Assembly (NCBI GenBank): GCA_964057225.1
Contig: OZ059900.1
Location: 7,626,001 to 7,690,000, forward strand
DNA: 64,000 bases
Direction: 5' to 3'
Source: Auanema rhodensis
Taxonomy: Eukaryota; Animalia; Nematoda
In this document: piece after piece, positions 52,880 to 64,000 of the stretch
Position numbering within the stretch: the stretch's first letter is position 1
How the letters are laid out: every line of letters starts with the position of its first letter
Program-made: the position numbers and the translations under genes
The notes under the pieces: generated by a model
The model's database searches: none
What the model was told of the DNA's origin: nothing
The model's input: only the letters and a program-made list of their open reading frames with translations

Positions 52880-55800
52880 AAAATCAGTCAAACTTTTGAT
52901 CTTAAGCATATTTTTTTCTTCTAAAACGACTAAATGTATGAAATACTGTCATAGAATGTTCATATAGGTGTATTTTGCACGAATATCAAAACTGATTGAA
53001 ATATGGGCCTTTTTATGTTCAAAACGCCATATATTCAACGATTTTGGGTACAAAACATGTGAAAACTGTATGTTTTGATCAGACCCTTTGAGATATGGAT
53101 TTGAAATTCAGGATTCATAAACTTTGACTATTTTTACATATATATGTCCAATTTTAACCACTTTGGTCGAAAAGGACCGAAAATATCAAGAATTATTGGT
53201 TTTTTGGGGATTGAAGGGCATTTTGGCAAAATCAGTCAAACTTTTGATCTTAAGCATATTTTTTTCTTCTAAAACGACTAAATGTATGAAATACTGTCAT
53301 AGAATGTTCATATAGGTGTATTTTGCACGAATATCAAAACTGATTGAAATATGGGCCTTTTTATGCTCAAAACGCCATATATTCAACGATTTTGGGTACA
53401 AAACATGTGAAAACTGTATGTTTTGATCAGACCCTTTGAGATATGGATTTGAAATTCAGGATTCATAAACTTTGACTATTTTACATATATATGTCCAATT
53501 TTAACCACTTTGGTCAAAAAGGACCGAAAATATCAAGAATTATTGGTTTTTTGGGGTTTGAAGGACATTTTGGCTAAATCAGTCAAACTTTTGATCTTAA
53601 GCATATTTTTTTCTTCTAAAACGACTAAATGTATGAAATACGGTCGAAGAATGTTCATATAGGTGTATTTTGCACGAATATCAAAACTGATTGAAATATG
53701 GGCCTTTTTATGCTCAAAACGCCATATATTCAACGATTTTGGGTACAAAACATGTGAAAACTGTATGTTTTGATCAGACCCTTTGAGATATGGATTTAAA
53801 ATTCAGGATTCATAAAATTCGACTATTTTTACATATATATGTCCAATTTTAACCACTTTGGTCAAAAAGGACCGAAAATATCAAGAATTATTGGTTTTTT
53901 GGGGTTTGAAGGGCATTTTGGCAAAATCAGTCAAACTTTTGATCTTAAGCATATTTTTTTCTTCTAAAACGACTAAATGTATGAAATACTGTCATAGAAT
54001 GTTCATATAGGTGTATTTTGCACGAATATCAAAACTGATTGAAATATGGGCCTTTTTATGTTCAAAACGCCATATATTCAACGATTTTGGGTACAAAACA
54101 TGTGAAAACTGTATGTTTTGATCAGACCCTTTGAGATATGGATTTGAAATTCAGGATTCATAAACTTTGACTATTTTTACATATATATGTCCAATTTTAA
54201 CCACTTTGGTCGAAAAGGACCGAAAATATCAAGAATTATTGGTTTTTTGGGGATTGAAGGGCATTTTGGCAAAATCAGTCAAACTTTTGATCTTAAGCAT
54301 ATTTTTTTCTTCTAAAACGACTAAATGTATGAAATACTGTCATAGAATGTTCATATAGGTGTATTTTGCACGAATATCAAAACTGATTGAAATATGGGCC
54401 TTTTTATGTTCAAAACGCCATATATTCAACGATTTTGGGTACAAAACATGTGAAAACTGTATGTTTTGATCAGACCCTTTGAGATATGGATTTGGAATTC
54501 AGGATTCATAAACTTTGACTATTTTTACATATATATGTTCAATTTTAACCACTTTGGTCAAAAAGGACCGAAAATATCAAGAATTATTGGTTTTTTGGGG
54601 TTTGAAGGGCATTTTGGCTAAATCAGTCAAACTTTTGATCTTAAGCATATTTTTTTCTTCTAAAACGACTAAATGTATGAAATACTGTCATAGAATGTTC
54701 ATATAGGTGTATTTTGCACGAATATCAAAACTGATTGAAATATGGGCCTTTTTATGTTCAAAACGCCATATATTCAACGATTTTGGGTACAAAACATGTG
54801 AAAACTGTATGTTTTGATCAGACCCTTTGAGATATGGATTTAAAATTCAGGATTCATAAAATTCGACTATTTTTACATATATATGTCCAATTTTAACCAC
54901 TTTGGTCAAAAAGGACCGAAAATATCAAGAATTATTGGTTTTTTGGGGTTTGAAGGGCATTTTGGCAAAATCAGTCAAACTTTTGATCTTAAGCATATTT
55001 TTTTCTTCTAAAACGACTAAATGTATGAAATACTGTCATAGAATGTTCATATAGGTGTATTTTGCACGAATATCAAAACTGATTGAAATATGGGCCTTTT
55101 TATGTTCAAAACGCCATATATTCAACGATTTTGGGTACAAAACATGTGAAAACTGTATGTTTTGATCAGACCCTTTGAGATATGGATTTGAAATTCAGGA
55201 TTCATAAACTTCGACTATTTTTACATATATATGTTCAATTTTAACCACTTTGGTCAAAAAGGACCGAAAATATCAAGAATTATTGGTTTTTTGGGGATTG
55301 AAGGGCATTTTGGCAAAATCAGTCAAACTTTTGATCTTAAGCATATTTTTTTCTTCTAAAACGACTAAATGTATGAAATACTGTCATAGAATGTTCATAT
55401 AGGTGTATTTTGCACGAATATCAAAACTGATTGAAATATGGGCCTTTTTATGTTCAAAACGCCATATATTCAACGATTTTGGGTACAAAACATGTGAAAA
55501 CTGTATGTTTTGATCAGACCCTTTGAGATATGGATTTGGAATTCAGGATTCATAAACTTTGACTATTTTTACATATATATGTTCATTTTAACCACTTTGG
55601 TCAAAAAGGACCGAAAATATCAAGAATTATTGGTTTTTTGGGGTTTGAAGGGCATTTTGGCTAAATCAGTCAAACTTTTGATCTTAAGCATATTTTTTTC
55701 TTCTAAAACGACTAAATGTATGAAATACTGTCATAGAATGTTCATATAGGTGTATTTTGCACGAATATCAAAACTGATTGAAATATGGGCCTTTTTATGT

Positions 55801-57192
55801 TCAAAACGCCATATATTCAACGATTTTGGGTACAAAACATGTGAAAACTGTATGTTTTGATCAGACCCTTTGAGATATGGATTTGAAATTCAGGATTCAT
55901 AAACTTTGACTATTTTTACATATATATGTCCAATTTTAACCACTTTGGTCAAAAAGGACCGAAAATATCAAGAATTATTGGTTTTTTGGGGATTGAAGGG
56001 CATTTTGGCAAAATCAGTCAAACTTTTGATCTTAAGCATATTTTTTTCTTCTAAAACGACTAAATGTATGAAATACTGTCATAGAATGTTCATATAGGTG
56101 TATTTTGCACAAATATCAAAACTGATTGAAATATGGGCCTTTTTATGCTCAAAACGCCATATATTCAACGATTTTGGGTACAAAACATGTGAAAACTGTA
56201 TGTTTTGATCAGACCCTTTGAGATATGGATTTGAAATTCAGGATTCATAAACTTTGACTATTTTTACATATATATGTCCAATTTTAACCACTTTGGTCAA
56301 AAAGGACCGAAAATATCAAGAATTATTGGTTTTTTGGGGTTTGAAGGGCATTTTGGCTAAATCAGTCAAACTTTTGATCTTAAGCATATTTTTTTCTTCT
56401 AAAACGACTAAATGTATGAAATACTGTCAAAGAATGTTCATATAGGTGTATTTTGCACGAATATCAAAACTGATTGAAATATGGGCCTTTTTATGCTCAA
56501 AACGCCAAATATTCAACGATTTTGGGTACAAAACATGTGAAAACTGTATGTTTTGATCAGACCCTTTGAGATATGGATTTAAAATTCAGGATTCATAAAA
56601 TTCGACTATTTTTACATATATATGTCCAATTTTAACCACTTTGGTCAAAAAGGACCGAAAATATCAAGAATTATTGGTTTTTTGGGGTTTGAAGGGCATT
56701 TTGGCAAAATCAGTCAAACTTTTGATCTTAAGCATATTTTTTTCTTCTAAAACGACTAAATGTATGAAATACTGTCAAAGAATGTTCATATAGGTGTATT
56801 TTGCACGAATATCAAAACTGATTGAAATATGGGCCTTTTTATGTTCAAAACGCCATATATTCAACGATTTTGGGTACAAAACATGTGAAAACTGTATGTT
56901 TTGATCAGACCCTTTGAGATATGGATTTGAAATTCAGGATTCATAAACTTCGACTATTTCTACATATATATGTTCAATTTTAACCACTTTGGTCAAAAAG
57001 GACCGAAAATATCAAGAATTATTGGTTTTTTGGGGTTTGAAGGGCATTTTGGCTAAATCAGTCAAACTTTTGATCTTAAGCATATTTTTTTCTTCTAAAA
57101 CGACTAAATGTATGAAATACTGTCATAGAATGTTGATATAGGTGTATTTTGCACGAATATCAAAACTGATTGAAATATGGGCCTTTTTATGC

Positions 57193-60100
57193 TCAAAACG
57201 CCATATATTCAACGATTTTGGGTACAAAACATGTGAAAACTGTATGTTTTGATCAGACCCTTTGAGATATGGATTTGAAATTCAGGATTCATAAACTTTG
57301 ACTATTTTTACATATATATGTCCAATTTTAACCACTTTGGTCAAAAAGGACCGAAAATATCAAGAATTATTGGTTTTTTGGGGTTTGAAGGACATTTTGG
57401 CTAAATCAGTCAAACTTTTGATCTTAAGCATATTTTTTTCTTCTAAAACGACTAAATGTATGAAATACGGTCGAAGAATGTTCATATAGGTGTATTTTGC
57501 ACGAATATCAAAACTGATTGAAATATGGGCCTTTTTATGCTCAAAACGCCATATATTCAACGATTTTGGGTACAAAACATGTGAAAACTGTATGTTTTGA
57601 TCAGACCCTTTGAGATATGGATTTGAAATTCAGGATTCATAAACTTTGACTATTTTTACATATATATGTTCAATTGTAACCACTTTGGTCAAAAAGGACC
57701 GAAAATATCAAGAATTATTGGTTTTTTGGGGTTTGAAGGGCATTTTGGCTAAATCAGTCAAACTTTTGATCTTAAGCATATTTTTTTCTTCTAAAACGAC
57801 TAAATGTATGAAATACTGTCATAGAATGTTGATATAGGTGTATTTTGCACGAATATCAAAACTGATTGAAATATGGGCCTTTTTATGTTCAAAACGCCAT
57901 ATATTCAACGATTTTGGGTACAAAACATGTGAAAACTGTATGTTTTGATCAGACCCTTTGAGATATGGATTTAAAATTCAGGATTCAAAAAATTCGACTA
58001 TTTTTACATATATATGTCCAATTTTAACCACTTTGGTCAAAAAGGACCGAAAATATCAAGAATTATTGGTTTTTTGGGGTTTGAAGGGCATTTTGGCAAA
58101 ATCAGTCAAACTTTTGATCTTAAGCATATTTTTTTCTTCTAAAACGACTAAATGTATGAAATACTGTCAAAGAATGTTCATATAGGTGTATTTTGCACGA
58201 ATATCAAAACTGATTGAAATATGGGCCTTTTTATGTTCAAAACGCCATATATTCAACGATTTTGGGTACAAAACATGTGAAAACTGTATGTTTTGATCAG
58301 ACCCTTTGAGATATGGATTTGAAATTCAGGATTCATAAACTTCGACTATTTCTACATATATATGTTCAATTTTAACCACTTTGGTCAAAAAGGACCGAAA
58401 ATATCAAGAATTATTGGTTTTTTGGGGTTTGAAGGACATTTTGGCTAAATCAGTCAAACTTTTGATCTTAAGCATATTTTTTTCTTCTAAAACGACTAAA
58501 TGTATGAAATACTGTCATAGAATGTTCATATAGGTGTATTTTGCACGAATATCAAAACTGATTGAAATATGGGCCTTTTTATGTTCAAAACGCCATATAT
58601 TCAACGATTTTGGGTACAAAACATGTGAAAACTGTATGTTTTGATCAGACCCTTTGAGATATGGATTTGGAATTCAGGATTCATAAACTTTGACTATTTT
58701 TACATATATATGTTCAGTTTTAACCACTTTGGTCAAAAAGGACCGAAAATATCAAGAATTATTGGTTTTTTGGGGTTTGAAGGGCATTTTGGCTAAATCA
58801 GTCAAACTTTTGATCTTAAGCATATTTTTTTCTTCTAAAACGACTAAATGTATGAAATACTGTCATAGAATGTTCATATAGGTGTATTTTGCACGAATAT
58901 CAAAACTGATTGAAATATGGGCCTTTTTATGTTCAAAACGCCATATATTCAACGATTTTGGGTACAAAACATGTGAAAACTGTATGTTTTGATCAGACCC
59001 TTTGAGATATGGATTTGAAATTCAGGATTCATAAACTTTGACTATTTTTACATATATATGTCCAATTTTAACCACTTTGGTCAAAAAGGACCGAAAATAT
59101 CAAGAATTATTGGTTTTTTGGGGTTTGAAGGACATTTTGGCTAAATCAGTCAAACTTTTGATCTTAAGCATATTTTTTTCTTCTAAAACGACTAAATGTA
59201 TGAAATACGGTCGAAGAATGTTCATATAGGTGTATTTTGCACGAATATCAAAACTGATTGAAATATGGGCCTTTTTATGCTCAAAACGCCATATATTCAA
59301 CGATTTTGGGTACAAAACATGTGAAAACTGTATGTTTTGATCAGACCCTTTGAGATATGGATTTGAAATTCAGGATTCATAAACTTTGACTATTTTTACA
59401 TATATATGTTCAATTGTAACCACTTTGGTCAAAAAGGACCGAAAATATCAAGAATTATTGGTTTTTTGGGGTTTGAAGGGCATTTTGGCTAAATCAGTCA
59501 AACTTTTGATCTTAAGCATATTTTTTTCTTCTAAAACGACTAAATGTATGAAATACTGTCATAGAATGTTGATATAGGTGTATTTTGCACGAATATCAAA
59601 ACTGATTGAAATATGGGCCTTTTTATGTTCAAAACGCCATATATTCAACGATTTTGGGTACAAAACATGTGAAAACTGTATGTTTTGATCAGACCCTTTG
59701 AGATATGGATTTAAAATTCAGGATTCAAAAAATTCGACTATTTTTACATATATATGTCCAATTTTAACCACTTTGGTCAAAAAGGACCGAAAATATCAAG
59801 AATTATTGGTTTTTTGGGGTTTGAAGGGCATTTTGGCAAAATCAGTCAAACTTTTGATCTTAAGCATATTTTTTTCTTCTAAAACGACTAAATGTATGAA
59901 ATACTGTCAAAGAATGTTCATATAGGTGTATTTTGCACGAATATCAAAACTGATTGAAATATGGGCCTTTTTATGTTCAAAACGCCATATATTCAACGAT
60001 TTTGGGTACAAAACATGTGAAAACTGTATGTTTTGATCAGACCCTTTGAGATATGGATTTGAAATTCAGGATTCATAAACTTCGACTATTTCTACATATA

Positions 60101-60757
60101 TATGTTCAATTTTAACCACTTTGGTCAAAAAGGACCGAAAATATCAAGAATTATTGGTTTTTTGGGGTTTGAAGGACATTTTGGCTAAATCAGTCAAACT
60201 TTTGATCTTAAGCATATTTTTTTCTTCTAAAACGACTAAATGTATGAAATACTGTCATAGAATGTTCATATAGGTGTATTTTGCACGAATATCAAAACTG
60301 ATTGAAATATGGGCCTTTTTATGTTCAAAACGCCATATATTCAACGATTTTGGGTACAAAACATGTGAAAACTGTATGTTTTGATCAGACCCTTTGAGAT
60401 ATGGATTTGGAATTCAGGATTCATAAACTTTGACTATTTTTACATATATATGTTCAGTTTTAACCACTTTGGTCAAAAAGGACCGAAAATATCAAGAATT
60501 ATTGGTTTTTTGGGGTTTGAAGGGCATTTTGGCTAAATCAGTCAAACTTTTGATCTTAAGCATATTTTTTTCTTCTAAAACGACTAAATGTATGAAATAC
60601 TGTCATAGAATGTTCATATAGGTGTATTTTGCACGAATATCAAAACTGATTGAAATATGGGCCTTTTTATGTTCAAAACGCCATATATTCAACGATTTTG
60701 GGTACAAAACATGTGAAAACTGTATGTTTTGATCAGACCCTTTGAGATATGGATTTG
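57193..60757. repeat. Tandem duplication of a 5-monomer (1740-bp) higher-order unit with five distinguishable monomers
   Basis: ORF variants 57298/59038 (ACGGTCGAAG, AAGGAC), 57646/59386 (AATTGTAACC), 57958/59698 (TTCAAAAAATTCG) and 58690/60430 (TTCAGTTT) are all 1740 bp apart. Confidence 0.92.
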
Positions 60758-61699
60758 GAATTCAGGATTCATAAACTTTGACTATTTTTACATATATATG
60801 TTCAATTTTAACCACTTTGGTCAAAAAGGACCGAAAATATCAAGAATTATTGGTTTTTTGGGGTTTGAAGGGCATTTTGGCTAAATCAGTCAAACTTTTG
60901 ATCTTAAGCATATTTTTTTCTTCTAAAACGACTAAATGTATGAAATACTGTCATAGAATGTTGATATAGGTGTATTTTGCACGAATATCAAAACTGATTG
61001 AAATATGGGCCTTTTTATGTTCAAAACGCCATATATTCAACGATTTTGGGTACAAAACATGTGAAAACTGTATGTTTTGATCAGACCCTTTGAGATATGG
61101 ATTTAAAATTCAGGATTCATAAAATTCGACTATTTTTACATATATATGTCCAATTTTAACCACTTTGGTCAAAAAGGACCGAAAATATCAAGAATTATTG
61201 GTTTTTTGGGGTTTGAAGGGCATTTTGGCAAAATCAGTCAAACTTTTGATCTTAAGCATATTTTTTTCTTCTAAAACGACTAAATGTATGAATTACTGTC
61301 AAAGAATGTTCATATAGGTGTATTTTGCACGAATATCAAAACTGATTGAAATATGGGCCTTTTTATGTTCAAAACGCCATATATTCAACGATTTTGGGTA
61401 CAAAACATGTGAAAACTGTATGTTTTGATCAGACCCTTTGAGATATGGATTTGAAATTCAGGATTCATAAACTTCGACTATTTCTACATATATATGTTCA
61501 ATTTTAACCACTTTGGTCGAAAAGGACCGAAAATATCAAGAATTATTGGTTTTTTGGGGATTGAAGGGCATTTTGGCAAAATCAGTCAAACTTTTGATCT
61601 TAAGCATATTTTTTTCTTCTAAAACGACTAAATGTATGAAATACTGTCATAGAATGTTCATATAGGTGTATTTTGCACGAATATCAAAACTGATTGAAA

Positions 61700-63060
61700 T
61701 ATGGGCCTTTTTATGTTCAAAACGCCATATATTCAACGATTTTGGGTACAAAACATGTGAAAACTGTATGTTTTGATCAGACCCTTTGAGATATGGATTT
61801 GGAATTCAGGATTCATAAACTTTGACTATTTTTACATATATATGTTCAATTTTAACCACTTTGGTCAAAAAGGACCGAAAATATCAAGAATTATTGGTTT
61901 TTTGGGGTTTGAAGGGCATTTTGGCTAAATCAGTCAAACTTTTGATCTTAAGCATATTTTTTTCTTCTAAAACGACTAAATGTATGAAATACTGTCATAG
62001 AATGTTCATATAGGTGTATTTTGCACGAATATCAAAACTGATTGAAATATGGGCCTTTTTATGTTCAAAACGCCATATATTCAACGATTTTGGGTACAAA
62101 ACATGTGAAAACTGTATGTTTTGATCAGACCCTTTGAGATATGGATTTGAAATTCAGGATTCATAAACTTTGACTATTTTTACATATATATGTCCAATTT
62201 TAACCACTTTGGTCAAAAAGGACCGAAAATATCAAGAATTATTGGTTTTTTGGGGATTGAAGGGCATTTTGGCAAAATCAGTCAAACTTTTGATCTTAAG
62301 CATATTTTTTTCTTCTAAAACGACTAAATGTATGAAATACTGTCATAGAATGTTCATATAGGTGTATTTTGCACGAATATCAAAACTGATTGAAATATGG
62401 GCCTTTTTATGTTCAAAACGCCATATATTCAACGATTTTGGGTACAAAACATGTGAAAACTGTATGTTTTGATCAGACCCTTTGAGATATGGATTTGGAA
62501 TTCAGGATTCATAAACTTTGACTATTTTTACATATATATGTTCAATTTTAACCACTTTGGTCAAAAAGGACCGAAAATATCAAGAATTATTGGTTTTTTG
62601 GGGTTTGAAGGGCATTTTGGCTAAATCAGTCAAACTTTTGATCTTAAGCATATTTTTTTCTTCTAAAACGACTAAATGTATGAAATACTGTCATAGAATG
62701 TTCATATAGGTGTATTTTGCACGAATATCAAAACTGATTGAAATATGGGCCTTTTTATGTTCAAAACGCCATATATTCAACGATTTTGGGTACAAAACAT
62801 GTGAAAACTGTATGTTTTGATCAGACCCTTTGAGATATGGATTTGAAATTCAGGATTCATAAACTTTGACTATTTTTACATATATATGTCCAATTTTAAC
62901 CACTTTGGTCAAAAAGGACCGAAAATATCAAGAATTATTGGTTTTTTGGGGATTGAAGGGCATTTTGGCAAAATCAGTCAAACTTTTGATCTTAAGCATA
63001 TTTTTTTCTTCTAAAACGACTAAATGTATGAAATACTGTCATAGAATGTTCATATAGGTG
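61700..63060. repeat. 2-monomer (696-bp) tandem duplication
   Basis: Monomers 61822 (TTTGGA, GTTCAA, GCTA) and 62170 (GTCCAA, GGGATT, GCAA) repeat at 62518 and 62866. Confidence 0.75.
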
Positions 63061-64000
63061 TATTTTGCACAAATATCAAAACTGATTGAAATATGGGCCT
63101 TTTTATGCTCAAAACGCCATATATTCAACGATTTTGGGTACAAAACATGTGAAAACGGTATGTTTTGATCAGACCCTTTGAGATATGGATTTGAAATTCA
63201 GGATTCATAAACTTCGACTATTTCTACATATATATGTCCAATTTTAACCACTTTGGTCAAAAAGGACCGAAAATATCAAGAATTATTGGTTTTTTGGGGT
63301 TTGAAGGGCATTTTGGCAAAATCAGTCAAACTTTTGATCTTAAGCATATTTTTTTCTTCTAAAACGACTAAATGTATGAAATACTGTCAAAGAATGTTCA
63401 TATAGGTGTATTTTGCACGAATATCAAAACTGATTGAAATATGGGCCTTTTTATGTTCAAAACGCCATATATTCAACGATTTTGGGTACAAAACATGTGA
63501 AAACTGTATGTTTTGATCAGACCCTTTGAGATATGGATTTGAAATTCAGGATTCATAAACTTTGACTATTTTTACATATATATGTCCAATTTTAACCACT
63601 TTGGTCGAAAAGGACCGAAAATATCAAGAATTATTGGTTTTTTGGGGTTTGAAGGGCATTTTGGCAAAATCAGTCAAACTTTTGATCTTAAGCATATTTT
63701 TTTCTTCTAAAACGACTAAATGTATGAAATACTGTCAAAGAATGTTCATATAGGTGTATTTTGCACGAATATCAAAACTGATTGAAATATGGGCCTTTTT
63801 ATGCTCAAAACGCCATATATTCAACGATTTTGGGTACAAAACATGTGAAAACTGTATGTTTTGATCAGACCCTTTGAGATACGGATTTGAAATTCAGCAT
63901 TCATAAACTTTGACTATTTTTACATATATATGTTCAATTTTAACCACTTTGGTCAAAAAGGACCGAAAATATCAAGAATTATTGGTTTTTTGGGGTTTGA

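Larger units (their letters stand above)
1..64000. repeat. 348-bp AT-rich tandem satellite array, ~184 head-to-tail monomers, open at both window ends; likely centromeric/pericentromeric heterochromatin
   Basis: Seen: the unit starting TTGATCTTAAGCATATTTTTTTC at 1 recurs at 349, 697, etc. The ORF track repeats every 348 bp (229, 577, 925...). 63562-229 = 182x348-3. Monomer 1 has 105/348 G+C. Centromeric location is inferred from length, AT content and homogeneity. Confidence 0.98.

Noticed and set aside
53533-59315. Minus-strand 71-aa ORFs and the alternative 65-79-aa plus-strand ORFs
   Set aside because: Each arises from a point variant or 1-bp indel that removes a stop or joins frames in the satellite.
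229-63753. Tandem 63-aa ORF (MTIFTYICPILTT...) as a multicopy gene family
   Set aside because: It starts at TTG, which is often lost (TCG). Many variants are nonsynonymous, frameshifts occur, no domain is recognisable and the residue composition mirrors AT-rich DNA. It is a by-product of the repeat.
1-64000. CRISPR array or other repeat-spacer or cassette system
   Set aside because: There are no unique spacers. The entire 348 bp repeats, and no cas, recombinase or reverse transcriptase genes are present.

Overview
The whole 64-kb window is one uninterrupted, single-orientation, head-to-tail tandem array of an AT-rich 348-bp satellite monomer (about 184 copies; about 30% GC by hand count of monomer 1). 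Monomers differ at only a few positions each, with nine 1-bp indels in the window. I see no credible genes, RNA genes, transposons, CRISPR arrays or inversions. The recurring 63-aa ORF is an artefact of the repeat. The information lies in the variant pattern: three variant domains (A-B-A'), nested block duplications at 2-, 3-, 5-, 7-, 12-, 13- and 20-monomer spacings with chimeric junction monomers, a rare haplotype shared 87 monomers apart, polymorphism concentrated in one part of the monomer, and weak signs that the monomer is an old dimer of 170-180-bp units. This fits a young, actively homogenising eukaryotic centromeric or pericentromeric satellite (inference). I cannot identify the organism or satellite family, and I found no novel protein-coding system. 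All comparisons were made by eye.
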